The position numbers and the translations under genes are program-made. The notes under the pieces are model-generated. The model ran no database searches and had not been told where the DNA came from. It worked only from the letters and a program-made list of their open reading frames with translations. Positions 13,601 to 22,889 of a stretch of DNA of 64,000 bases are shown here, piece after piece. Origin of the DNA: Thermoplasmata archaeon (lineage in GTDB: Archaea > Thermoplasmatota > Thermoplasmata > RBG-16-68-12 > JAGMCJ01); assembly GCA_046761045.1 (NCBI GenBank), contig JBHIFJ010000007.1:74-64073 (forward strand), read 5' to 3'. The stretch's first letter is position 1. Every line of letters starts with the position of its first letter.

Positions 13601-15071
13601 GTCATTCTACTCGCCTCAAGGAAATGATGTGAGGTCGACAGCCTCGATTGTCGTGAAGTTCCACGAGGCGATGAACGAGAGCTCCCTCGCGCCATCCTTC
13701 AGCTTCGTGAGAACCGACACGATGGAGCAGGTCGTGGGGGACATATACACGTCCGTCGAGATGATCTCCTTCGACCCACTCTATAACCTCGATTACGGAA
13801 CGGAGTATATGGTCACGATATCGACCATGGCAAGGGACGATTCCTCACCAGGCAACGCCATTGCCCAACCCTTCTCTTGGCAGTTCAACACGACGACGGT
13901 ATTCAACGAGCCGCCCACAATAACGATGATCAGCCCCTTCGGCGGGGAGAGCTGGTCCGGCGGGAGCGTCCACCAGGTATCCTGGACTGCATCCGATGCG
14001 GAGGACCCCACCGAGGTCCTCGATGTCTGGCTGAACTACTCCTCGAGTGCGAGCGGTCCGTGGGTCCCCATACCCGAAGCTCAGGGGGTTCGGGCGGACA
14101 ACACACCGATGAACTGGTCCATTCCCCTCGTTAACATATCCATGGTGATAATCAACGCCACGGTCGTGGACAGCAGGGGTGTGTGGAATTTCAGTCATTC
14201 CGAGGCCTTCGAGATTGACAGCGCACAGCCGACAATCAGTGACTACTATCCTCCGATTGGGGACCAAGTGCCCGCGAGCGTTCAGGTCACGATAACGTTC
14301 AATGAAAGCATGAATGAGTTCACGGCGGAAACGGCCTTTGAGATGACCCATTTGGACAGTGGAAGCCAGGTTCAGGGAACATTTGACTGGCAGGGCAACA
14401 CGATGAGATTCACCCCTCTCACCTCGCTCGCAGCGGGAGCGTGGTACAAGGTCGAGATAGATGCCTCACCGACTGATGACTCGGTTCCTGGTAATCATCT
14501 GCTTCAGAATCTCAGCTGGATCTTCCAGACCGAGACGGGCGATGTCGTCCCGCCGACCGTGGTGTCGACCTATCCCGAGGATAACCAAGTTGACATTCCC
14601 ACCAATATCAGGAACATCACAATAACATTCAACGAATCCATGAATCAGTTCTCCGTCATCAATGCTTTGAACATCACGCCATGGGTCTCCTTCAGCACAT
14701 CCTGGTCCAACCGGACACTCATAATCCTCCTGAACGAGCCCTTGCAGTACGACAGGTGGTACATCATCAGCATCAATGGCAGCATCGCAATGGATTCTAG
14801 CAACAACCTCCTTGACGGAGACGAGAACGGTGTTCCCGGAGGGGACTTCCTCTTCTCCTTCAGCACCGGAAAGGAATCGCCCGTGGAGGAAGTGCTCGAT
14901 GTGCTTCCGTATCTACTGGGAATGCTCGTGGCAGTCATACTCATTCTTGCCCTGCTGTACTTCCTCAAGGGGAAGAAGGAACCTCGAGAAGAGAAGGAAG
15001 AGGCCGAAGAGGTGGATGTCGAGAAGGAACTCAAGGACATCGACGAATTGCTGGGCATCGAGGAGGACTAG
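10692..15071 (+). CDS. Membrane-anchored surface protein: CBM9/DOMON-like N-domain, two MAM/cleaved-adhesin-like beta-sandwiches, Ig-like repeats, C-terminal TM and acidic tail
   Basis: Signal peptide. PVIDG..EW motif. Two DD(L/M)ESG..W..L(T/S)F..WY..L(S)xY.G....R..F..GWYxDD domains. F(N/H)ExM Ig repeats. TM LPYLLGMLVAVILILALLYF. Confidence 0.75.
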   Translation: MFRGRQAALVLVLTLGLALSMLTLNPPSEAHLESASIYSRWDPVAPVIDGVFNLTEWGNATIVDLRQVGSNTLDSYLYAKNNDTHLFIALDAVEDMTEDSADTASISFDGDHDGAPTNNGDHELSVKGEIDASCTGLNSAKCHFIYSQTTNRWFASDSMDQSLPYQWGLDAAIGFGSTSKSSVSHRFFEFSVPIEMIGRPLLPISMGDTVGFYVGRHPLPALGMRDQTNGTFAYWPDLGLDPSEYGNLVLGTPADVAIDPQFDTKPVRPGETVQYTMKIRSTGSGVDSFDLQASSLQGWTVKFLDTLLNPLSDSGGNPAYPDVGPILPGEYVEVIVDVTASPTASPGVFDLTTIKAYPFLNAFRSDSAILRTGIPYVAPMIDDLESGTDAWYLMPRSVNDWEIGTPAFSLGPLSAHTGTTAIGTKLDANYSLCSNSILYTPFMEIPDWVLGAKLTFWHWYDIVPNQQDGGWIEMSVNGQPWTLATPVGGYPDTRWGGEPSFAGTSGGWVQSELNLSSYVGTMVGLRFRFWDYGELIGPTPLPDKRAPGWYLDDFELSIVGLPAAVSVTPPYQYKVGQRGTEVSYELFVLNAGQQSDTFDLLITNSTLGWDVGFYDSAWNILPDSESPPDGLPDTNRITPGSQVLVRMNVTIPAGATPGDIDRKIFTARSSNDDTVSDSVVVEVQAPFALPFFDDMESGPDMWQATSYWHLVHNETLGAAWNISYSGEWAWWYGLDATGNYDDGFWNHGNLTSPPIDLTDSIAAELSFRYWYETENSTDHDQRWLIVRTGNNPWPTPGQTGTIQLDLRDNRTWLEWLVNLSAYGGKIVQIRLFFDTINNLDNNYQGWYMDDFLVKQTIAKNTPPVVSIDVPSGGEVLSGGSNHTIEWTASDSTDTPGNMLIWLNYSATGVAPWLPIPGAQGIPANSTPLNWTVPFENSTNVAINATLIDSGGLWSYDWSKEFQIDSEPPQVSFYSPQGNDVRSTASIVVKFHEAMNESSLAPSFSFVRTDTMEQVVGDIYTSVEMISFDPLYNLDYGTEYMVTISTMARDDSSPGNAIAQPFSWQFNTTTVFNEPPTITMISPFGGESWSGGSVHQVSWTASDAEDPTEVLDVWLNYSSSASGPWVPIPEAQGVRADNTPMNWSIPLVNISMVIINATVVDSRGVWNFSHSEAFEIDSAQPTISDYYPPIGDQVPASVQVTITFNESMNEFTAETAFEMTHLDSGSQVQGTFDWQGNTMRFTPLTSLAAGAWYKVEIDASPTDDSVPGNHLLQNLSWIFQTETGDVVPPTVVSTYPEDNQVDIPTNIRNITITFNESMNQFSVINALNITPWVSFSTSWSNRTLIILLNEPLQYDRWYIISINGSIAMDSSNNLLDGDENGVPGGDFLFSFSTGKESPVEEVLDVLPYLLGMLVAVILILALLYFLKGKKEPREEKEEAEEVDVEKELKDIDELLGIEED

Positions 15072-17560
15072 TTCTCAACGGTCCACATGACATGGTCGCC
15101 GACGCGGACCCAGTAGGCTACTCCGGCAGTCATGTTGTCCGTTGGACCCATGTTTCTGAGGCCGTACGGGACGGCGGATATGTCGAAGCCCTCGATTTCG
15201 AGAAGAGGCAGCCCTTGGAAGGCGTCGTCTATCGTTCTGTTGACATAGGACGTATAGCCAATCATGTTCCAGCCCCGGTACAGCATGATGCTCGTGTTCT
15301 GAGGCACCACTCCGGTGTATTCAATGTAGGAATCGCTCGTGACATTGACCCAGTAGCCCCTTCCGGCCTCAACAGTCAGCAGGTCCCTATCGTACAATTT
15401 GTTTGCCCAGTAGTGCTTCCAGTGATCCTGCCAGTCCAGCCTGTCCCAATGGAATAGCATGTCATAGGAAAGGGTCGCGAAAACGGACTCCGTTCTCGGA
15501 TCACTCGGAACGATTGGCAGCGATATGAAGTGCTTTCCAGCGGGAAGGAATCGGCCATACTTCGCTACTTGTGTCACATCGACGTCCACGAAGGTCTCGA
15601 GAGAGGCTGGCTCCCCGACAGTATATCTGACTCCGAGATGGTAGAAGTAGCTGTTCGCGTCCCCGTTGCCTGCGAGCGAGTGGACATAGGTACCCGTTCC
15701 GCTCGGCACCTCATCAAGGATTTGATATCCCCTCGCGTCCCTGTCGAAAGTGGAGTTGTAGAATATCAGGTAGGAGACCACGTTGTCCCTACCCCCTCCA
15801 TCGTCAACTGATAGGTTCCAGCTTATCCTCACATCATTCATCTGGGGGCCGTCTAGCATCGCCGAGAAGCCCATGGGCATAGCTGGGGCGCAACTTGGCT
15901 CAGCGACATAGACTGTCTGGTTTAGCCCCACGTTCTCCAATGTTCTGATCTCTCCGCTTGGCCAGACCACCGTAATGTTGACGGTTCCATAGTATCTCCC
16001 GAATCCGAACTCCAACGGATATGAGTTTGTCTGGGAATGGGATCCCATTCCCGCCTCGACCTGCCGGAATTGGGTCGCAGTGCCGTGCGTCACATAGACT
16101 CTCCCGCCCACGGCGAACTTGTTCGGGCAACCCAGAACCTTGACCTTCAGCCAGCTGTTTGCGTTCCCATTGTTCTGGAAGAGTCTGAGTTCGTTCAACT
16201 GTCCTGGTGAAGACACGTTCTTCCCGCTCGTGACAAGGTCCAGGTCACCGTCCTCGTCATAATCTGCCCACGCACCGGCGTAGGTGTTCCAGACCATGAC
16301 CCCTGCAATCCCCGTCACGTTTTGGAACCAAATCGTTCCGTTGTTCGCGTAGCTATTGCTGTACAGGAACGAGTGAGCGTGCTGAGGATCATCGTATACC
16401 TGCGTGATCCACAGGTCCATGTCTCCGTCGTTGTCGTAGTCCGCAAAGGCAGCGTTGGAGAAGAGCTCATCCTTGTAGTATAACCCGTGCGTCGTACCCG
16501 GTGGCGTTATTGGAATGCCCGCCGCTTCCCGGATGTCCGTGAAGTTCCAGTTGGGCGGACCGCTGTTAAGATAGAGCCGGGAGTCATCGCATATGTATCC
16601 TCTGTACCAAGGTGCCGGACCGTTGTCCTTGTGTGCCAGATTCGCTGTGAAGAGATCCAGATAGCCATCATTGTTTATGTCCGCCCAGGAGGACCCTATG
16701 GTGTGTCCGTAATACACCCCGGGGTAGTACCAGAATGTGTGCGGGACGCCCGCTACGTTTCTGTCGAAGGCAGCTTCGGTGAAGGTCCCATTGCCATTGT
16801 TGAGCCAGAGGTAGTTGGGCTTCAATCGGTAGTTTGAGATGTATGCGTCCAGATCGCCATCATCATCGAAGTCCGCCCACGCAACACCCCTGCCGTAGGA
16901 AGGGTCGGTGTAATCATCGATTCCCGCCTGAATGGTGACATCAGTGAAAGTCCCGTCGCCGTTGTTGTGGTACAGGATGTCCGGATAGTAAATCGGGTTG
17001 CCTCCATTCCAGTCCTCGCCGTTCGCGACATAGAGGTCGAGGAATCCGTCGCTGTCATAGTCCCCCCAGCCCGCCGCCGATGTCGGATACGTGTCGTAGA
17101 CATTGCCCGCGGCCACCGTGACGTTGGTGAACGAACCATTCCCGTTGTTCCTCCAGAGAATGTCCCAGTTGTTCAATCCGGCACCCGCGTAGATGTCCAG
17201 CCAGCCATCGTTGTTGTAGTCTCCCCAAACACCGTTGCCGACCCCGCCGATTAGACCCGACTCGCTCGTGACGTCTGTGAAATTCCACACGGGCGGCCCG
17301 TTGTTCCTGAAAAGACGTCGTCCATTAATGAGAAGATCTTCGTATCCGTCATTGTTGTAGTCTCCCCATGACATGAAGCTTCCACCGACACCGCCAAGAC
17401 CCACATCGTGAGCGACATTGGTGAAATTGACGCCATCATTCAGGATTGGGTTCTCATCCGATCTTGTACCTTCGAGTAGAGAAGCATCCTTCGGAGTGGC
17501 GTGCGTGATTCCGAAAACAAGAACAGCACAGAGTAACATCGCAACAGTCTTCGGTGCCAT
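15068..17560 (-). CDS. Secreted CRTAC1/ASPIC-UnbV family FG-GAP repeat protein with FN3-like and duplicated C-terminal module
   Basis: Seven (W/F)xDx(D/N)xDGxxDL repeats and an ASPIC-like SQ....LEFGFG....ITVVWPSG segment. Start moved from 17680 to ATG 17560, which begins a signal peptide (MAPKTVAMLLCAVLVFG). Confidence 0.85.
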   Translation of the reverse strand: MAPKTVAMLLCAVLVFGITHATPKDASLLEGTRSDENPILNDGVNFTNVAHDVGLGGVGGSFMSWGDYNNDGYEDLLINGRRLFRNNGPPVWNFTDVTSESGLIGGVGNGVWGDYNNDGWLDIYAGAGLNNWDILWRNNGNGSFTNVTVAAGNVYDTYPTSAAGWGDYDSDGFLDLYVANGEDWNGGNPIYYPDILYHNNGDGTFTDVTIQAGIDDYTDPSYGRGVAWADFDDDGDLDAYISNYRLKPNYLWLNNGNGTFTEAAFDRNVAGVPHTFWYYPGVYYGHTIGSSWADINNDGYLDLFTANLAHKDNGPAPWYRGYICDDSRLYLNSGPPNWNFTDIREAAGIPITPPGTTHGLYYKDELFSNAAFADYDNDGDMDLWITQVYDDPQHAHSFLYSNSYANNGTIWFQNVTGIAGVMVWNTYAGAWADYDEDGDLDLVTSGKNVSSPGQLNELRLFQNNGNANSWLKVKVLGCPNKFAVGGRVYVTHGTATQFRQVEAGMGSHSQTNSYPLEFGFGRYYGTVNITVVWPSGEIRTLENVGLNQTVYVAEPSCAPAMPMGFSAMLDGPQMNDVRISWNLSVDDGGGRDNVVSYLIFYNSTFDRDARGYQILDEVPSGTGTYVHSLAGNGDANSYFYHLGVRYTVGEPASLETFVDVDVTQVAKYGRFLPAGKHFISLPIVPSDPRTESVFATLSYDMLFHWDRLDWQDHWKHYWANKLYDRDLLTVEAGRGYWVNVTSDSYIEYTGVVPQNTSIMLYRGWNMIGYTSYVNRTIDDAFQGLPLLEIEGFDISAVPYGLRNMGPTDNMTAGVAYWVRVGDHVMWTVEN

Positions 17561-17696
17561 AAGAGCCTTACCCCCTACCAGGCGAGGATTCTCGTCTCGA
17601 TATATAAACATAGAGCCTGCCTGCAACCCAAGAGCGCCGATTGCATAACTGGCTGCAAAAAAGTATATATGCCGGCTCACCTATCCAGAACCAGTT

Positions 17697-17993
17697 GTGA
17701 TGGAGTCGAGGGGGAGGAATTTGGTCGTCCGGCACAGATTCGAAGCCCGGAATCTTGACGGGAAAGCAATATGGGATGTGCCCGACTCCTGGGGCGTCTA
17801 TGTCCTGAGAGACAGGAAGTTCAATGTGAGCTACGTCGGAAGCACGCCGAATCTTAGGACGAGGCTGTACAGGCATTTTCAGAGCAGAGATATCCCAGAT
17901 GCGAAGTACTTTGAATGCTATCAGGTGGAGAGCGAAAAGGACGCTCTTGAGCTCTTGGAAGAGATCAAGAAGACGAAGAGGGCTGTCGCCTAG
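17697..17993 (+). CDS. Small stand-alone GIY-YIG nuclease domain protein
   Basis: GVYVL..SYVGST.NLRTRL..HF motif and conserved Glu (ALELLE). TATA-like AAAAAGTATATAT upstream. Confidence 0.75.
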   Translation: MMESRGRNLVVRHRFEARNLDGKAIWDVPDSWGVYVLRDRKFNVSYVGSTPNLRTRLYRHFQSRDIPDAKYFECYQVESEKDALELLEEIKKTKRAVA

Positions 17994-18066
17994 GCATCGG
18001 GAGTGACCCATCCATCAGTCAGCGGTAGCACTAGCTTTATATGAGATATCATCTATGTTGCGGCTG

Positions 18067-20769
18067 ATGCCTGAAGAGGACTATCGCCTCGCCTTTTTTC
18101 AGGAGAATGGCTTCGTGAGGAGGAAGTGCCCATCATGCGGTCGGTTCTTCTGGACGAAGGGTGATATGGAGGTTTGCGGGGAGGCGCCCTGCACTGAGTA
18201 TTCCTTCATCGGCAGATCTCCCATGAAGAAGTCCCTTACCCTATCGGAGATGAGGGAGGAGTTCCTATCCTTCCTTGAGAAGGAGGGTCACAAGCGCGTC
18301 GGTCGGTATCCGATCGTGGCAAGATGGCGGGATGACGTCTTCTACACTCAGGCATCGATATATCCCTTTCAGCCATGGGTCATCGATGGCATCTCAAGTC
18401 CGCCGGCCAACCCACTCGGGATATCCCAGACCTGCGTACGCTTCAATGACGTCGACAACGTGGGCAAGACAGGTCAGCACTTCACGATGTTCGAGATGAT
18501 GGCCCATCATGTCTTCAACCGCAAGGGCAAGCGCATCTACTTCAAGGAGAGGACGGTCGAGCTGTGCAATCGATTCCTGACAGCGAGTCTGGGCATCGGC
18601 GAGGGCGATGTGAGATATGCCGAGGCATGGTGGGAGGGGGGAGGAAACTCGGGACCCTGCTTCGAGGTTCTCCTTGGCGGGGCCGAGCTCGCCACGCTCG
18701 TCTTCATGGTCTACAAGGATGAGAACGGCAGGACCGTGCCCCTCGATACGAAGGTCGTGGACACCGGCTACGGTCTCGAGAGATTCGCCTGGGTCTCTCA
18801 GGGGACTCCGTCGGCATACGAGGCGACCTTCGGGCGGTTCCTGGAGTCCGTTACGGCCTTGGCGGGAGTCAAACCCGACGTGAATATCATGGGCGAGTAC
18901 AGCAAGTTGGCGGGGACGCTGAAAGCAGAGCGCGGACTGGACATCACGGAGTTGCGAAAGGAGACCGCTAGGCGGTTGGACATCCCGTACGACGACCTCA
19001 TAGAATGCGTGGTGCCCATGGAGCACCTCTACGCGGTGTCCGACCATACGAGGGCTCTGGTGTTCATCATCAATGACGGAGTGGTTCCATCGAATGTGAA
19101 GGAGGGGTACTTCGCCCGCCTTCTTGTCAGAAAGACCATGAGGTCGATGGGCATGCTCGGAATGGACCTTCCGCTCACAGAGGTAGTCAACATGCAGATT
19201 GATCACCTGAGACACGACTTCCCGGAACTGGCGGACAACCGCGACGGCATCCTGAAACTGATTGAGATGGAGATGAAGAAGTATCGCTACACGCTGTCCA
19301 AGGGGCGCAACATCGTCCGGAGCATGGAGAAGAATCTCGCCGAGAAGGGAAGTCAGATAGGGACGAAGGAGCTCGTCGAGCTCTATGACTCCCACGGACT
19401 CAGTCCCGAGGTCGTCCGCGAGTTCACCTCCTCCGAGATCGAGATACCCGAGAACTTCTACGCAGAGGTCGCCGCCCGCCACGAGAGCGAGGCCCCAGTG
19501 GAGGAGGCGGGCATCCCAATCCCAGAGGGTCTTCCGGAAACGAGGACGCGTTACTACGAAAACAAGAGAAAGCACAGGTTCAGGGCGAAGGTTCTTGACA
19601 TCTTGGAGAATGCGATTGTCCTCGACCAGACCTACTTCTATCCCGAGGGCGGTGGGCAGGAGGGCGACCGTGGGGAAATCGGGGACACGGAGATAGTCGA
19701 TGTCCAGATGGTCGGCAATGTCGTCCTGCATCGCTTCAAGGGGAAGACAGATCTAAGGAAGGGCAAGACTGTGATGTGCTCCATAAGCTGGGAACGGAGG
19801 CAGAGCCTGATGCGACACCACACAGCAACGCACATAGTCAACGGTGCAGCTCGCAGCATTCTCGGATGGCATGTGTGGCAGGCGGGCGCGCACAAAGGCG
19901 AGAATATCTCCCGCTTGGACATAACGCACTATCAAAGCCTCAGCCAGGAGGAGTTCGAGAAGATCGAGAGGACGGCGAATCGGGCGGTTCTTGATGACCT
20001 AAGGGTCACGGTGAAGCTCATGGACAGGGATGTGGCCGAAAGGAAGTACGGGTTCAGGCTGTATCAAGGAGGGTGCGTTCCGGGCGGGAAGATCAGAGTC
20101 GTCGACGTGGCTGGCTTCGATGTTGAGGCCTGTGGCGGGCTCCACTGCACACGCACCAGCGAGGTCGGCTTCATCAAGCTGATTCGGACCAGAAGGATAC
20201 AAGACGGCGTCCTGCGTCTCGAGTTCGCGGCAGGGAAGGCGGCTGTCGAGTTTGCCATGGAACAGGCAAAGACTATCCAGGAGGTGAGCGGCTTGCTCAA
20301 CGTTCCGCCAGAGAACCTTAGGCGGGGCGTCAGAAAGCTTTTGAAGGAATGGAAGGCCGCGCGGAAGGAGCTTGAGAACCTCAGGGACGAGCGGGCGGCT
20401 GGGGACATCGAGGACATTCTGGAGAGGAGCGAGAACGTCGGCGAGCTTCGGGTTGTCACCCACACAACTGAGGGGGGTGCAAAGGAGCTGATGGCCCTGG
20501 CGAGGCAATTGTTATCTAGGGGGAAAGTCGTTGCGATTCTAGGGGCTAGGAACGGAAAGGCAAGCATCTTGATAGCACGAAGCCCTGATGTCGAACTGGA
20601 CTGCGGTGCCATAGCTCGGGAGGCGAGCAAGCTGATAGGTGGAAGTGGCGGCGGAAAGCCCGACTTCGCTCAGGGCGGAGGCCCCAAGTCAGAGGGCTTG
20701 CATGAGGCAATCGAGGTCGCCAAGGAAGGCGTGAAATCAGTCCTTGCCGAAGAGGGTGAGAAGAGCTGA
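18067..20769 (+). CDS. alaS: Alanine--tRNA ligase (archaeal type)
   Basis: N-terminal CxxC..FWT, HFTMFEMMAHH, VDTGYGLER, editing HHTATH..CGGLH, C-terminal GGGGKPDFAQGGG. Start is 18055 or 18067. Confidence 0.97.
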   Translation: MPEEDYRLAFFQENGFVRRKCPSCGRFFWTKGDMEVCGEAPCTEYSFIGRSPMKKSLTLSEMREEFLSFLEKEGHKRVGRYPIVARWRDDVFYTQASIYPFQPWVIDGISSPPANPLGISQTCVRFNDVDNVGKTGQHFTMFEMMAHHVFNRKGKRIYFKERTVELCNRFLTASLGIGEGDVRYAEAWWEGGGNSGPCFEVLLGGAELATLVFMVYKDENGRTVPLDTKVVDTGYGLERFAWVSQGTPSAYEATFGRFLESVTALAGVKPDVNIMGEYSKLAGTLKAERGLDITELRKETARRLDIPYDDLIECVVPMEHLYAVSDHTRALVFIINDGVVPSNVKEGYFARLLVRKTMRSMGMLGMDLPLTEVVNMQIDHLRHDFPELADNRDGILKLIEMEMKKYRYTLSKGRNIVRSMEKNLAEKGSQIGTKELVELYDSHGLSPEVVREFTSSEIEIPENFYAEVAARHESEAPVEEAGIPIPEGLPETRTRYYENKRKHRFRAKVLDILENAIVLDQTYFYPEGGGQEGDRGEIGDTEIVDVQMVGNVVLHRFKGKTDLRKGKTVMCSISWERRQSLMRHHTATHIVNGAARSILGWHVWQAGAHKGENISRLDITHYQSLSQEEFEKIERTANRAVLDDLRVTVKLMDRDVAERKYGFRLYQGGCVPGGKIRVVDVAGFDVEACGGLHCTRTSEVGFIKLIRTRRIQDGVLRLEFAAGKAAVEFAMEQAKTIQEVSGLLNVPPENLRRGVRKLLKEWKAARKELENLRDERAAGDIEDILERSENVGELRVVTHTTEGGAKELMALARQLLSRGKVVAILGARNGKASILIARSPDVELDCGAIAREASKLIGGSGGGKPDFAQGGGPKSEGLHEAIEVAKEGVKSVLAEEGEKS

Positions 20770-20774
20770 GCCTA

Positions 20775-21350
20775 TTGCGTCTGAGAGAGCGAATCAAGGA
20801 GACAAGCGAGATTACGGACCTAGGCTCCATATCGAGAAGGTATTTCGTCATAGGAGCCTTTGACGGAGCACTGACGGTGCTCGGAGTCGTTCTTGGTGCG
20901 TACGCGGCGGGCGCTGCTCGCGAGCACATGGAGATAGTGCTCTATGCTGGCCTGTCCGCGGGGGTCGCGCTTGCCATCTCCAGCAGCGTTGGGGCATATG
21001 AGGCTGAGCGGGTCGAGAAGCTCCTGGCCAAGGCGAGCCTCGAAAGGGCGCTGCTCAGAGGATTTCCCGAGGAGCACGCGGAAGCATACAAACTCGCAGC
21101 CCTGATAAGCGCTCTGGTGCACGGCATTGCTCCCATCATCGCTGCCGTGATTCCTCTCTTACCTTTCTTCATCATCGCGGATATGGCCTGGGCGACCCTC
21201 GTTTCCGTTTTCATGACGCTATGTCTGCTGTTCATCATGGGCGCCTACCTAGGTAATCTGGTGAAGGAAAGGATATTCATGACAGGCATGCGCTTCGTAC
21301 TTGCAGGTCTGGCAACGGCAGTCATCCTCATGCTTGTTGGAGCTGGATGA
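20775..21350 (+). CDS. VIT1/CCC1-family membrane transporter
   Basis: SRRYFVIGAFDGALTVLGVVLG, G+YEAE motif, PLLPF, multiple TM helices. TTG start. Confidence 0.85.
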   Translation: MRLRERIKETSEITDLGSISRRYFVIGAFDGALTVLGVVLGAYAAGAAREHMEIVLYAGLSAGVALAISSSVGAYEAERVEKLLAKASLERALLRGFPEEHAEAYKLAALISALVHGIAPIIAAVIPLLPFFIIADMAWATLVSVFMTLCLLFIMGAYLGNLVKERIFMTGMRFVLAGLATAVILMLVGAG

Positions 21351-21383
21351 GTGCCAAAGGTTATTAAACATGCCCGCTTTTGA

Positions 21384-22889
21384 GTGATTCGGATGCAGGA
21401 CGTTTCGGCAGAAATCGAGAATCTCAAGGGAGTTGTAGCGAAGTATTTTCCGGTTTACGAGACGAGAGTCGGACCGCAGATTGTCTCTTTCATTTGTGAA
21501 GTGGATTCGAGCACCCTTCATTCGTCCTTCGATTCGTTGAGGCTGGAGATGCTGAAGAGAGGTTACATCCCCTTCCTCAGGAAAGAGGCCGGGGAGTTTG
21601 TTGTCCATGTGCAAAGGAAACCGGCGGCCAGATACAAGGGAACCCATGTCAACGCGGCCCTCCTGCTCATCACGATCCTCACGACGATGTTTGCTGGGAT
21701 GATTCATTGGGCATCATACGCCCGGATTGGCCTCTTTTCGGGGAACGCGATTCTCTACGGCACATTCTTCTTTGCGTTCCCTCTTCTCTTGATACTGGGC
21801 ACGCATGAGATGGGCCACTACCTCATGGCTCGCAAGCACAAAGTGGCCGCCTCTCTGCCCTTCTTCATACCTTCGATTCCTCCACTTGGGACATTCGGAG
21901 CGGTAATCAGCATGCGCGAACCGATCCCCGACAAGAGAGCGCTTCTCGACATTGGAATCGCTGGACCCCTGTCCGGTCTGGCCATTACGATACCACTTGC
22001 CCTCCTGGGCCTGTGGCTGACAAACCTTGGCGCCAAGACGGTGACTGTCGCGGAACAGGGCGGCGCCATTCTTGTCAGCTTCCCGCTCCTCTACGAAGTC
22101 CTGGGGTTATTCATCCCGATTGAGGCGGGCGTGGCCCTGCACCCCCTTGCCTTTGCGAGCTGGGTGGGCTTCTTCGTCACGGCGCTCAATCTCCTGCCCG
22201 CCGGTCAGCTGGACGGAGGCCACGTTGCCAGGGCACTGCTGGGTGAGAATGCCCGCTATCTCAGCTATGCGGCCATTGCAGCTCTCTTCGTATTCAGTCT
22301 CTTCTACGTCGGATGGGCCATAATCGCCATATTGATAGTGTTTCTCGGGGTCAGGCATCCCCCGCCTCTGAATGACTTCACGCCCTTGGATGTCAAGAGG
22401 AGGTTCGTGGGCGGTTTCACTGTCTTTGTCCTCCTCATCACGTTCGTTCTTATACCCATTCAGGAAATCCCCGCCGAATACGATTTCGAGTTCAGGAATT
22501 ACGAAATCCCGACCGAACCGATATTCATAGACAACACAACTACAAGCATGCTTGACTGCACGATCGTTGCGACGGGAAGGAACTGCACCTACAACTTCGT
22601 CATCAACAACACGGGGAATATGCACCTGAGCATCACTTTGGAGGTGAGTGTCGCGTGGAGCGAGATGCAGGCTTGGCTCTCTTTTCCCGACTTTCCAAAA
22701 ATCTCGCCCAATTCCACTGTGACGATAGTCGTGAATGCGAGTTCGAACCTGACGGGGAATCTGACGCTCTTCTTCCCCAGCGATCCAGCCCCTCACGGCA
22801 ACTACCAGACACAGATCGTTGGGACAGTCAACGATGCACCCGTGGAGAAGGAAAGGCGACTGGAACTCTGGGTGGAAATCGATACCTAG
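21384..22889 (+). CDS. Site-2 protease (M50) with C-terminal extension
   Basis: HEMGH zinc motif, IAGP and NLLPAGQLDGGH. About 130-aa beta-rich tail after the last TM. Confidence 0.92.
   Translation: MIRMQDVSAEIENLKGVVAKYFPVYETRVGPQIVSFICEVDSSTLHSSFDSLRLEMLKRGYIPFLRKEAGEFVVHVQRKPAARYKGTHVNAALLLITILTTMFAGMIHWASYARIGLFSGNAILYGTFFFAFPLLLILGTHEMGHYLMARKHKVAASLPFFIPSIPPLGTFGAVISMREPIPDKRALLDIGIAGPLSGLAITIPLALLGLWLTNLGAKTVTVAEQGGAILVSFPLLYEVLGLFIPIEAGVALHPLAFASWVGFFVTALNLLPAGQLDGGHVARALLGENARYLSYAAIAALFVFSLFYVGWAIIAILIVFLGVRHPPPLNDFTPLDVKRRFVGGFTVFVLLITFVLIPIQEIPAEYDFEFRNYEIPTEPIFIDNTTTSMLDCTIVATGRNCTYNFVINNTGNMHLSITLEVSVAWSEMQAWLSFPDFPKISPNSTVTIVVNASSNLTGNLTLFFPSDPAPHGNYQTQIVGTVNDAPVEKERRLELWVEIDT

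Noticed and set aside
18394-19731. Long antisense or alternate-frame ORFs (e.g. 445 aa opposite alaS; also 9574-10659, 41032-41985, 43089-43991)
   Set aside because: Shadow ORFs of well-supported genes in GC-rich coding sequence, with no motifs.
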